Of a DNA stretch of 64,000 bases, positions 10,609-19,770 are shown piece after piece (the first letter of the stretch is position 1; each line of letters starts with the position of its first letter). The DNA is from Nitrospinales bacterium. GTDB lineage: Bacteria; Nitrospinota; Nitrospinia; Nitrospinales; VA-1. A program made the translations under genes and the position numbers. The stretch spans positions 2,304,001 to 2,368,000 of the forward strand of contig OZ253496.1 of assembly GCA_965262115.1 (NCBI GenBank), read 5' to 3'. The notes under the pieces were generated by a model, which saw only the letters and a list, made by a program, of their open reading frames with translations, made no database searches and was not told the DNA's origin.

Positions 10609-10775
10609 TGGCTATCAGACTGACAAAAATCATTGCGACATTGGGCCCCGCCAGTGGCAATAAAACGGTTATCCGGAATCTGGTGAAAAAGGGGGACCGT
10701 GTGGTGATCACCACGGGAATTCCGGTCAACGTTCCCAACTGGACTAATGTGATCCGGGTGGAAGAGGTTCCCTGA
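10608..10775 (+). pseudogene. pyk: pyruvate kinase remnant with in-frame internal deletion (55 aa)
   Basis: MAIRLTKIIATLGPAS (PK N-terminus) joined to LVKKGDRVVITTGIP...TNVIRV (PK C-terminus); ATG overlaps the upstream TAA. Confidence 0.85.
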
Positions 10776-10827
10776 ATGGGGTAAGCAACCAACTTTCATT
10801 TTTAACTTTTTCCTGATAAGATTCGGT

Positions 10828-11037
10828 ATGTCTCCCCGATATTATATAGGCACTGCAATTCTGGTTGGGGTTCTCACGCTGGCGATCAGTTGGTGGAAGC
10901 AAAAACAGACCCGCCGTGAAATTTTTTGGGTTATGATTAAAGTTGTTTTTGCTTTGGCTGTAATTGTTGGGGGAGTTCTGGGTGTGGCTCAGCTCCTTGT
11001 TTTTTTTGGCGTGGCCCAATCCGGATTTTTTTTATGA
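10828..11037 (+). CDS. small membrane protein
   Basis: 69 aa, two hydrophobic helices; ATGA overlap with the next ORF. Confidence 0.7.
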   Translation: MSPRYYIGTAILVGVLTLAISWWKQKQTRREIFWVMIKVVFALAVIVGGVLGVAQLLVFFGVAQSGFFL

Positions 11038-11264
11038 GCCCTCAACCTTCAGACTTCTCAGGATTCATGGTCGTTTTCCTGAGCTTTTCCTTTTTGGCCA
11101 TCTCTTATTTTATGGGTATGTTGGTTCATTCTGCCCTGATGTATGAAGACAAAAGAAATATTGGAAAAGACAGCCGCAGTGGTTGGGTGTTGAGCATGGT
11201 CGCCGGAACCGGCATAACAGGGTGGATGTTCTATTATGGGTACTATGTGAATTTTTTAAGATAA
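11034..11264 (+). CDS. small membrane protein
   Basis: 76 aa, two hydrophobic helices, translationally coupled. Confidence 0.7.
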   Translation: MSPQPSDFSGFMVVFLSFSFLAISYFMGMLVHSALMYEDKRNIGKDSRSGWVLSMVAGTGITGWMFYYGYYVNFLR

Positions 11265-11273
11265 AGGCTATTT

Positions 11274-11624
11274 TTAAAGAGACAGCATGTCGACCAGTCT
11301 CCGGCAATCATTTTTATATCCCAGGATTTCCTCGTTTTCCTCATCGCTCAAATCGTCCGTCAGGTTCTCCTCAATCAACTCAATCGCATCATTCAGTCCG
11401 CCAGCAACGATGTCGAGTTCGTTTTCGTTCAGCGCATACATTGACCCGCTTTGCCTGAGCTTATCAAACACCCGCGAATATCTGGCTTTGTAATTTTCGA
11501 GTCCGTTCTTTTTTTCAGGAGATAACTCCTGCTTGAGTTCGGTATTAATGTCCGATATCGAATCATTCAATGCCATTTTAATGGTCTCAATATCTTTGTC
11601 TGTGACGGATGCGAGTGACTTCAT
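11274..11624 (-). CDS. hypothetical protein with internal duplication
   Basis: 116 aa; two similar halves (LNDSI...LS.E...YK / LNDAI...LS.E...YK). Confidence 0.8.
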   Translation of the reverse strand: MKSLASVTDKDIETIKMALNDSISDINTELKQELSPEKKNGLENYKARYSRVFDKLRQSGSMYALNENELDIVAGGLNDAIELIEENLTDDLSDEENEEILGYKNDCRRLVDMLSL

Positions 11625-11665
11625 GCTTTCCTGTATTCAAAATGAAGGTTGCTGATTGGGTCGAT

Positions 11666-11795
11666 ATTTTATTCGAATTTTGACCAACTCCATTTTATTC
11701 GAATTTTGACCAACTCCATTTTATTCGAATTTTGACCAACTCCATTTTATTCGAATTTTGACCAACTCCATTTTATTCGAATTTTGACCAACTCC
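11666..11795. repeat. tandem repeat, 5 x 26 bp
   Basis: ATTTTATTCGAATTTTGACCAACTCC five times, perfect, no spacers. Confidence 0.97.
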
Positions 11796-11953
11796 GGAGT
11801 TATTGATATTTTACCATAAGTTTACCCGGGTCGCATGAAAAATTAAAGAACAAGGCCGGTTTATCGATTCCCCGGCTCCAAAAATAATGGGCCGACTTAT
11901 AGCGGGGCTGTGCCCCGTACAAGTCGGCGAGTGATTTTCTTCTTTTTAAAGAC

Positions 11954-12382
11954 TCAAGATTCGACCTTGATCTCTATTTTTTTCGGTTTTGCCTGCTCCT
12001 TTTTGGGCAGAGTTACCTTCAGGACTCCCTGCTCCATTTGGGCGATGACTTTTTCCGGGTCAATCTGGTCGCTGAGCCTGAAGCTCCTGGCAAAACTTTG
12101 TTTGCTGAATTCGTGAATGCGATAATCGTCTTTATCGGTTTGCGAATTTTGCTCCCGATGGCCCTTGAGGGTCAAAACGCCGTCATGAAATTCAACGGAA
12201 ACGTCTTTTTCTGTCATGCCTGGGGTTTCCGCTTCCAGATGAAACGCTTCGTCTTTTTCAATCACATTGATCTTGGGCAGAACTGTCGGTTGATCCCATT
12301 TAGCTCTGGGGAACCCGAAAAACCGGTCGGTATCAAAAAATCGGTCTAAAGCCTGCTCTGGGTTAAAAGTTACGAGATTCAT
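11954..12382 (-). CDS. Hsp20 / alpha-crystallin small heat shock protein
   Basis: GVLTLKG, FARSFRL, GVLKVTLPK, C-terminal IEI motif. Confidence 0.95.
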   Translation of the reverse strand: MNLVTFNPEQALDRFFDTDRFFGFPRAKWDQPTVLPKINVIEKDEAFHLEAETPGMTEKDVSVEFHDGVLTLKGHREQNSQTDKDDYRIHEFSKQSFARSFRLSDQIDPEKVIAQMEQGVLKVTLPKKEQAKPKKIEIKVES

Positions 12383-12593
12383 GATGTTCTCCTTCTAAAT
12401 AAAGTTGATGATGTGATTATCATGTCTCTCGGCCGAGAAGGTATTGCCTGTTCTGTACTATGAATAAAATGGGAGATGGCGGTTGTCAAGCTGTCTAGGG
12501 AAAATAAACTCCGCTAAAAAGTGCTATAATTTGTTGGATAAATCCAAGGTGGTCCGCAGGTTCATTAAACTCTAAGGGGAGATGGAGGTTTAT

Positions 12594-12954
12594 ATGGATT
12601 ATACGGTTTGTGTGGTTGAGGATGAAAGGGCTTCCCGGACGATGATCATTGAAATGTTGAAAAAGACGGGAATCAGTAAAATAGTCGCGTCAACAAATGG
12701 TCAGATTGCCCTGGAAAAACTCAAGTCTCAAAAAGCCGATTTGATTATCTCAGACTGTGATGGATGGGCTGGAATTTTTTAAGGCTGTGAAGAAGGAAGA
12801 GGCATATGAAGACACGCCCTTCTTGATGGTGACTGTGGAAGATTCAAAAGAAAAAGTGGTTGAAGCATTGACGATAGGGATCCGCGATTACATTGTCAAA
12901 CCCTTGTCCAAGAATAGCTTTGAGAGTAAGGTAAAACCCCTGTTGAAATTCTAG
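12594..12954 (+). pseudogene. CheY-like response regulator, frameshifted
   Basis: VVEDE...LIISD in one frame; VMDGLEF...YIVKP in another; break at about 12756. Confidence 0.85.
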
Positions 12955-12995
12955 AACACCCTCCATTTGTACCGAAATCAGGCATAAAGCTAAAA

Positions 12996-13022
12996 CACCC
13001 TTCGATGGTCCATCGAAGGGTG
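12996..13022. terminator. perfect 13-bp inverted repeat, possible terminator
   Basis: CACCCTTCGATGG-T-CCATCGAAGGGTG between convergent ORFs. Confidence 0.55.
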
Positions 13023-13081
13023 AGTGTTTGTTTTCGATTCACTCTCTACTCGCGGTAAATTTGTCCTTCAGTACCAAACGC

Positions 13082-13183
13082 TCATTTCCCGAACAGGGAA
13101 AGTCCTAAGGAGAGGGCGGTATAAATCACGCAGAAGACGCAGGCGAAAAACGGTTTCTTATAAAGGTCGGAGAATTTTTTCAT
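13082..13183 (-). CDS. putative 33-aa single-TM small protein, probably leaderless
   Basis: MKKFSDLYKKPFFACVFCVIYTALSLGLSLFGK; TTGCAG-17-TATAAT ends 6 nt before the ATG. Confidence 0.5.
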   Translation of the reverse strand: MKKFSDLYKKPFFACVFCVIYTALSLGLSLFGK

Positions 13184-13321
13184 GCCCTTATTATAGGCCT
13201 TCGGGCCGATTCCTGCAATGTTCTATCCGTTAAAGCCGAAAGCCCGTGTTTAAACAGGGTGTTCTAAAGAGCCCCTTTGTGGAATGAATGCCTGTTCTGT
13301 TTTTCGGACCGTTGGGTTTTT

Positions 13322-13846
13322 TCAGTGGTTGGCGGTGCCGAAGGCTATCCGGTCCATCAGAGCGAAAAGCACACCGCTCAATACAAAGGCCATATGGATC
13401 ACGACTTTCCACAAGAACATTTCTGTGTTGGCCTCGGTCGGTTCGTCAGAGATCTCCATAAAAGTTTTCAGAAGGTGGATGGTAGAAATTGCGACAATGG
13501 CACCGATGACCTTTAACTTGAGTCCGCTAAAATCAACTTTCCCCATCCAGTCGGGCCGGTCAGAATGGTCTCCCACATCTATTTTGGAGACGAAAATTTC
13601 ATGGCCGGAGAAGATGATCATGAGCAATAAAGACCCGATCAGGGTGATGTCTATCAGGGCCAGAACGCCAATGATCACTTCGCTCTAGGGGGTGGTGAAA
13701 ACGTGAGAGGTCAGATGAATCAGTTCCTGTGAAAATTTTATAAAAAGCAGGGCTATGCTGATGACCAGTCCAGGAAAAAAAGGAGCCAGCAACCACCTGC
13801 TGTTGAAAATAAATTTTTCTAAAAATTGTTCGGTTTTATTGGACAT
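13322..13846 (-). pseudogene. UPF0114 (YqhA/TIGR00645-like) membrane protein with an in-frame TAG
   Basis: SRWLLAP N-terminus; TAG at 13685-13687; same frame continues SEVIIGVLALID...FVSKID...LKLKV...AISTIHLLK. Confidence 0.85.
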
Positions 13847-13969
13847 TGTTTTTCCGGATTTAAATGGAGGAATGCTAGTTCTCAGGGCTTGGGAAAAAGG
13901 ACTGTCCGGAAATCGGGCCGGTGACCTCTTGAGTTTTGAGAATATTAACTCCAATAGGTCTAGACGATC

Positions 13970-14555
13970 AACCTGTTTAAGTGAAGATATTCCAATCACT
14001 CGTTCCTTGATTTTTGAGTTTTTTAGCTTCTTTGGGAGAGAAAAAACGATATCTTTGTGAAGAACTTCGATGATGCTTTCTTTAAGGTAGGATCGGGTAT
14101 AAACAATGCTGACCTCCCGGGTTGGGACCGGTGCCTTGAAAAATCGGATCTTTTTCTTTTGCTCAAGGGTGGACATTCCCAAAGTCGCCAGCCAGGGGAG
14201 CAGGGTGTATCCAAATTTTTGGTCGACCAACCGCTTCAATGTTTCCAGGTTTCCGCTTTCAAAAATCAGGTTTTTCCGCCTGACATTTTTACCTCTTGTT
14301 TTTTTGCAGATTTCAATTGCTTGATCCCTGAAGCAATGCCCTTCATTCAATAACCAGATGTCATCGAGGCTTAAATCCTTTTCCGAAATGGCGCCAAGAA
14401 AGAGGAGGGGATGGTCAGGGGAAAGGCAGGTCAAAAAAGGTTCGTTGAAAACAGGCCACTCCACGATCCCTTTGATATTTAATGGGGTCACCAGAATTCC
14501 GGGTCTGAAAAACCGCCACGATATAGCTAAGCTGTGTTAGAGTGATAGATTTCAT
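13970..14555 (-). pseudogene. oxyR: OxyR-like LysR regulator with internal deletion and frameshift (3' end approximate)
   Basis: MKSITLTQLSYIVAV N-terminus from 14555, then in another frame LLNEGHCFRDQAIEIC (two OxyR cysteines) and FESGNLETL. Confidence 0.8.
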
Positions 14556-14580
14556 CTGTTAAAGTATAGTGACAATCAAT
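14545..14580. promoter_or_regulatory. OxyR-type binding site
   Basis: ATAG-N7-CTGT-N6-ATAG-N7-CAAT between the divergent oxyR remnant and the peroxidase. Confidence 0.55.
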
Positions 14581-14681
14581 TAGACTAATCAAGGCAAATA
14601 ACCAATACTTGAGAAAACAGAATGGGGATCAACCTGTTAGTAATTTTAATTGAATAAAATTTATACCTTGAGGTAATCGCA

Positions 14682-15746
14682 ATGACAGGAAAAAACTTTA
14701 GCAACAGGAAGGTTCAGTTACTGGGAGCGATTGGAGCAATTTTACTCTTGATTGGTGGGCCACTTGGGGCTGTGGCCGCACCCGGGGAGGAATATGGACT
14801 GGAGATCCCCCTGGGACTGGATGAAGATCAATTTGTTGTTCCTGGAGACAACCCTTTGACCAAAGAAAAGGTAGAGTTGGGTCGCTTTCTTTTCTTTGAT
14901 AAACGGTTGTCGCAAAACAATACCATTTCATGCTCCACCTGCCATATCCCGTCGCTGGCTTTCACGGATGGCCAGCCGGTTTCCGCAGGCATTCATCGGC
15001 AGCAGGGAGGTCGAAGCGCCCCTACGGCGATCAACCGGGGATTTAGTAAAGTTCAATTCTGGGACGGTCGGACGGCAACATTGGAAGAGCAGTCTGTGGG
15101 GCCATTGACTAACCCGATTGAACATGGTTTTCCTGAAAACGATGATGTGGTTGCCAGGATAAATAGTATCGAAGGTTATAAAAATCTTTTCAGCAAGGCT
15201 TTTGCAACCAACACGATTACCATTCAGCATGTAGGAAAAGCCATTGCTTCTTTCCAAAGGACACTCATTTCTGGAAACAGTCCCTTTGACCGGTTTGATT
15301 ATGACGGAGAAGAAAAGGCAATTTCTGAAGCGGCGAAAAGAGGAAAAATATTATTTTTTGGTAAGGCCCGATGCAACTTGTGCCATTTTGGGACAAACTT
15401 CTCAGATGAAAAGTTCCACAATGTCGGGATCGGTTGGGGGGGTGAAGCTGTGGATATTGGAAGGTACAATGTGAGTCATGATCAAAAAGATATCGCCGCA
15501 TTTAAAACGCCGACCTTAAGGGAGATTTCAAGGACTGCTCCCTATATGCACGATGGCAGGTTCGCAACGCTAAGACAAGTGGTCGATCACTACAACGGAG
15601 GCGGAGTAAAAAATCCGTTTCTGGATAACCAGATCATTCCGCTAAAGCTCACTGAGTCGGAAAAGCAGGACCTTATTGAGATGCTCCGCACCTTGAATGG
15701 TGAGGGTTGGCAACATGTAAAAGCTCCTCTTTCATTTCCGAAGTAA
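14682..15746 (+). CDS. di-heme cytochrome c peroxidase (CCP/MauG family)
   Basis: Signal peptide; CSTCH and CNLCH; LGRFLFFDKRLS, QFWDGR, FKTPTLR, TAPYMHDG. Confidence 0.93.
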   Translation: MTGKNFSNRKVQLLGAIGAILLLIGGPLGAVAAPGEEYGLEIPLGLDEDQFVVPGDNPLTKEKVELGRFLFFDKRLSQNNTISCSTCHIPSLAFTDGQPVSAGIHRQQGGRSAPTAINRGFSKVQFWDGRTATLEEQSVGPLTNPIEHGFPENDDVVARINSIEGYKNLFSKAFATNTITIQHVGKAIASFQRTLISGNSPFDRFDYDGEEKAISEAAKRGKILFFGKARCNLCHFGTNFSDEKFHNVGIGWGGEAVDIGRYNVSHDQKDIAAFKTPTLREISRTAPYMHDGRFATLRQVVDHYNGGGVKNPFLDNQIIPLKLTESEKQDLIEMLRTLNGEGWQHVKAPLSFPK

Positions 15747-15848
15747 AGGAGGCAGTTGAACGAATAACATTAGAGGCTGATACCCGAGGGGGTTACGGTT
15801 CAGGCCGTAACCTTTTTTGGGTAGAGCTTTAACCTCGCTACCCCAAAG

Positions 15849-15882
15849 AAAAAAGGACTGACGGGAAAACCCATCAGTCTTT
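15849..15882. terminator. intrinsic terminator
   Basis: AAAGGACTGACGGG-AAAA-CCCATCAGTCTTT with an A tract, between convergent ccp and tRNA/rpoD. Confidence 0.65.
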
Positions 15883-16025
15883 AATCACAAAACTCATAGA
15901 ATGATTTTACCAACTCCCCGTCCACGGGCCAGCGTGACGCTGGACTCAAAATGAAAGGTCTTCAATTGCCAGCAAATGTTTCTTTAGCTCAACAAGCTAT
16001 TGCAAGTTGCCGCTCCGGCTAGGAG

Positions 16026-16098
16026 TGGGCCCAGGAGGATTCGAACCTCCGACCTACCGGTTATGAGCCGGGGGCTCTACCAACTGAGCTATAGGCCC
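16026..16098 (-). tRNA. tRNA with CAT anticodon, most likely tRNA-Ile2 (lysidine); CCA not encoded
   Basis: GGGCCTATAGCTCAGTTGGTAGAGC...CTCATAA...GGTTCGAATCC...TGGGCCCA cloverleaf; paired 1:72 and no 3-GC anticodon stem, so not fMet; Ile2 inferred from sequence style and position after rpoD. Confidence 0.9.
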
Positions 16099-16104
16099 GC
16101 ACGA

Positions 16105-17862
16105 TCAGCTTTCGATAAAACTGCGTAATTTTTTGCTTCTGCTGGGGTGGCGCAGTTTGCGTAGAGCCTTGGCTTCGATCTGCCGGATACGCTCGCGGGT
16201 AACGGCAAAATCCTGCCCGACTTCTTCAAGCGTGTGTTCGGAATCCAATCCGATGCCGAACCGTTTCCGCAAAACACGTTCTTCCCGAGATGCCAAGGTT
16301 GAGAGAACTTTCAGGGTCTGTTCCTTCAGGTTCTTTTTAACCACAGAGTCGATCGGCGACATGACTTTCTTGTCTTCGATGAAATCTCCCAGATGGCTGT
16401 TTTCCTCTTCGCCGATGGGAGTCTCAAGAGAGATGGGTTCCTTGGCGATTTTCAAGACTTTTCGTACCTTGTCTACCGGCAGAAACATTTTGACAGCGAT
16501 TTCATCCGGCGTTGGTTCGCGCCCGAGTTCCTGCACGAGATGCCGGGATACCCGGATCAGTTTATTGATGGTTTCGATCATGTGTACAGGAATCCGGATC
16601 GTTCTGGCCTGATCGGCGATGGCGCGGGTGATGGCTTGCCGAATCCACCAGGTGGCGTAGGTCGAAAATTTATAGCCCCGCTGGTACTCAAATTTATCGA
16701 CCGCTTTCATGAGGCCGATATTGCCTTCCTGAATCAAGTCGAGAAACTGGAGTCCCCGGCTGGTGTATTTTTTAGCGATACTGACTACCAGCCTGAGGTT
16801 GGCTTCTGCCAGTTCCCGCTTGGCAGTTTTGTCTTTTACCCGACCCCGGGCAATGGACCGCACGGTGGCCAGCAGACTGTCCTTACTGGTTACCGTTTCT
16901 TTTTCTATCTTTTTTATTTTCTGGCGCCCGCTTTGCACCTGCTTCATGAAGTTGTCGTACTGGGTGCGGGTGATCACTTTCCCCTTCGGAACCTTGACGC
17001 TTTTCTGCTTGTTCCAGTTTTTAGCCAGTTTTTTAACCCCGGCCAAAGATATGCCCAATTGCCTTTCGATATCCCTTTCCTGTTTTCCAGCTTCCCGATA
17101 CTCTGCGGCGATCGCATAAATTTTTTCGATAAGGCCGTCCACTTCATTGAGGGAGAGCGCCAAGCCGGCAATGAGGCTTTCCACTTCCTTGTGCTGTTTT
17201 TGTACCTGATCGACTGTTTTGGCCTGCATTTTTTCAGATAACTTGCCGCTCTCGACTCTCACCAGAAGTTTTTCGAACTTGGCGAATTCCGATTTCAGGT
17301 GCCTGATTTTCTTAATAAATTTTTTAGTTTCATTTTTTTCAGACTGTTCCTTATCTTCTTCTGGTTCAGGGCTCTGGATCAGGCTGAAGATTCGGATTTC
17401 CCCTTTTTTAACCTGGTCTGCCATGGAGATGAGTTCGCGGGTTGTGACCGCGCAACTGGCCACTGCCGCGAGCACTTCATATTGCCCGGCTTCAATTCTC
17501 TTGGCAATTTCCACTTCTCCCTTGCGAGTGAGCAGGGAAATAGTTCCCATTTCACGCAGATAGAGCCGGACCGGATCATCGATGGAAATGGAATCGGATT
17601 TGGAGGCCGGGGCATCCTCAGCGCTACCCTTATCGCGATCTCCTTTGGCGGCGGCTATCTTTTCACCTTTAACGGTGGTGTCAACGATGTCTATTTCATT
17701 TTCACCAAAAAGGGCCATGAGGTCGTCGATTTGTTCCGGGGTCACAACATCAGAGGGTAGGACATCATTGACCTCTTCATAGGTCAAATAACCTTTTTCC
17801 TTGCCCAGTGATATCAGCTGATTGATTTCTGATACATGTGTCAGTTTTTCCACTGTTTCCAT
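16105..17862 (-). CDS. rpoD: RNA polymerase sigma factor RpoD
   Basis: Region 1.1, [39 protein letters not shown]. Confidence 0.98.
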   Translation of the reverse strand: METVEKLTHVSEINQLISLGKEKGYLTYEEVNDVLPSDVVTPEQIDDLMALFGENEIDIVDTTVKGEKIAAAKGDRDKGSAEDAPASKSDSISIDDPVRLYLREMGTISLLTRKGEVEIAKRIEAGQYEVLAAVASCAVTTRELISMADQVKKGEIRIFSLIQSPEPEEDKEQSEKNETKKFIKKIRHLKSEFAKFEKLLVRVESGKLSEKMQAKTVDQVQKQHKEVESLIAGLALSLNEVDGLIEKIYAIAAEYREAGKQERDIERQLGISLAGVKKLAKNWNKQKSVKVPKGKVITRTQYDNFMKQVQSGRQKIKKIEKETVTSKDSLLATVRSIARGRVKDKTAKRELAEANLRLVVSIAKKYTSRGLQFLDLIQEGNIGLMKAVDKFEYQRGYKFSTYATWWIRQAITRAIADQARTIRIPVHMIETINKLIRVSRHLVQELGREPTPDEIAVKMFLPVDKVRKVLKIAKEPISLETPIGEEENSHLGDFIEDKKVMSPIDSVVKKNLKEQTLKVLSTLASREERVLRKRFGIGLDSEHTLEEVGQDFAVTRERIRQIEAKALRKLRHPSRSKKLRSFIES

Positions 17863-17906
17863 CTGGATGATTTCTCCTAATTACACGTTTGTGTTTTTAA
17901 TATATA

Positions 17907-19679
17907 TTAATGGGTTAAGGCTAAATGCATTTCACGAAGCTGTGCCTGCAGTTCCCGCGACCGTTCTACCTGCCCGGCTTTGGCGGCATTGAGGCGTTGT
18001 AATTTAAGATCCTTGATTTTTGATTTAAGGTGAATGTTTTTAAATTTCCCGACACAGTCTTTAATAGTTCGTTCGGGGGTATCAAACTCTACTGCTTCCA
18101 GCCCTAACCGGGACAAGATATTTTTGATCTCTGGGTCTTCGGTCTGGTCGAGCAGCTGGTCAATTTTCAGATCCTCGCCGCTATTGATTTTTTGCCGGCA
18201 GGTTTGGGCAATGGCTTTTAAGGCCGGGTCTGAAAATTCCTCCGGATCTATTTCCAAGAGAATGATCTCGGCCGTTTCCTTATCGGAAAGAATCAGGTGA
18301 ACTAAATGTTTCTCCAGATTTAAAAGTGGGGCCAGTTCATTTTCCGTTTCGGCCAGTCGAGGCTGGTTTCGGGAAATGGCCTTGCTCAGTTCCTTCAAAA
18401 AAGTCCGGTCATCAATGTTTGTTTTCGAGGTAAATTTTTCCAGCCAGGCGGATCGTTCCACAGTGTTTTTAATTTTTACCAGCATCGGAAGAATCTGGTT
18501 GGCCATTTTGACCCTGCCTTCAGGGCTCTTGCCGGGCGAATCCTGAATCAGGGTATCAATATAAGATTCCATAAAAGACTTGGCGTTGCGGATTTTTTCC
18601 AGAAAAATTTCTGCACCATTATCGTGGATGAATGAGTCCGGATCCTGGCCCTCGGGCAGGACGACGATTTTCACATTCAATCCGTGCTCAAGCAGGATAT
18701 CAAATCCTTTTTCTGAAGCAGATCGGCCGGCGGGGTCGGAATCGAAAACCAGGATGGCAGTTTCCGCGTGGTTTCGCAATATCCCAGCCTGTTTGGAAGT
18801 CAGTGCTGTTCCGCAGGTGGCGACCACATGCTCAATGCCATGTTGCACTGTCCGCATCTGGTCGAAATAGCCTTCAACCAGAATGACCTGATTTTCCCTG
18901 CGAATTGCTTGTTTCGCCTGATCCATACCGAAAAGGGTTCCGCTTTTTTGATAGAGAAGGGTTTCGGGAGAATTGAGGTATTTGGGCTGATCTTCCTCGG
19001 CAATGCTACGCCCTCCAAACCCGATGATGTTGGAGTGCAGGTCCTTGATCGGGAAAATTACTCGACCGCGAAAACGGTCATAGACCGTAGAATTGTCTTC
19101 TTTCTGGATGATCAATCCGGACTGAACGAGCTGCTCCTGAGTGACGGAGCTTTTTTGCTGGACATGAGTCAGCAGGCCTCTCCATGTCGGCGCTGCCCAG
19201 CCTATGCGGTACCGCTCCAAAATTTCCGCATCAAAATGTCGGGACGTTAAATAATTTCTCGCGCTCAGCCCGCCTTCCGGGTTTTTCAATAAGGACTGGA
19301 AATATCGCGTCGCGGCCTCATTGAGTTTTCTTAAAGCGTCGCGCTCCTTTTGTTTGGGGTCAGCGGAAATGCTAGAAGTGTTGCGGGACAGGGGAATGCC
19401 CGCACGCTCGGCCAAATTCTTAATGGCTTCCGGAAAGGTAATGCTCTGGATTTCCATGAGGAATTTAAAAACATTGCCCCCGGTTCCACAACCGAAACAG
19501 TGGTAAATGCGTTTTTCAGGGCTGACTGAAAAGGACGGCGTTTTTTCCGAATGAAAGGGGCAAAGTCCTTTATAGTTCTTGCCGGATTTTTTAAGCACAA
19601 CATGATCCGAAATCACCGCAACGATATCGGTGCGGTCACGAATCTCATCAATGATATGGTCTGGGATTGAAATTTTCAA
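17907..19679 (-). CDS. dnaG: DNA primase
   Basis: CPFH...CFGC zinc finger, KYLNSPET, VEGYFD, TOPRIM DSD. Confidence 0.97.
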   Translation of the reverse strand: MKISIPDHIIDEIRDRTDIVAVISDHVVLKKSGKNYKGLCPFHSEKTPSFSVSPEKRIYHCFGCGTGGNVFKFLMEIQSITFPEAIKNLAERAGIPLSRNTSSISADPKQKERDALRKLNEAATRYFQSLLKNPEGGLSARNYLTSRHFDAEILERYRIGWAAPTWRGLLTHVQQKSSVTQEQLVQSGLIIQKEDNSTVYDRFRGRVIFPIKDLHSNIIGFGGRSIAEEDQPKYLNSPETLLYQKSGTLFGMDQAKQAIRRENQVILVEGYFDQMRTVQHGIEHVVATCGTALTSKQAGILRNHAETAILVFDSDPAGRSASEKGFDILLEHGLNVKIVVLPEGQDPDSFIHDNGAEIFLEKIRNAKSFMESYIDTLIQDSPGKSPEGRVKMANQILPMLVKIKNTVERSAWLEKFTSKTNIDDRTFLKELSKAISRNQPRLAETENELAPLLNLEKHLVHLILSDKETAEIILLEIDPEEFSDPALKAIAQTCRQKINSGEDLKIDQLLDQTEDPEIKNILSRLGLEAVEFDTPERTIKDCVGKFKNIHLKSKIKDLKLQRLNAAKAGQVERSRELQAQLREMHLALTH

Positions 19680-19770
19680 AGTATCAACAGATCGTTAGGA
19701 AAAACCCGGCCTGATAAGGCCCGGTTTGAAAATTTTTTGTCAGGGATGGCAGATTTTTAATCTACCAATG

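Noticed and set aside
11666..11795. CRISPR array
   Set aside because: Units are directly adjacent with no spacers, and there are no cas genes in the window.
12460..12490. Sigma32 promoter upstream of hsp20 (CTTGAC...CCCATTT, minus strand)
   Set aside because: The spacer is shorter than the canonical 13-14 nt, and a sigma70 reading is equally plausible.
13685..13687. Pyrrolysine or programmed amber read-through
   Set aside because: No supporting machinery in the window, TAG is used as a normal stop elsewhere, and neighbouring genes are also decayed.
13685..14491. Real 268-aa OxyR-membrane fusion protein
   Set aside because: It is a chimera of two broken genes: no HTH, a non-homologous linker, and it ends at the premature TAG.
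16026..16098. tRNA as an integration site of a genomic island
   Set aside because: I found no duplicated tRNA 3' end and no integrase in the window.
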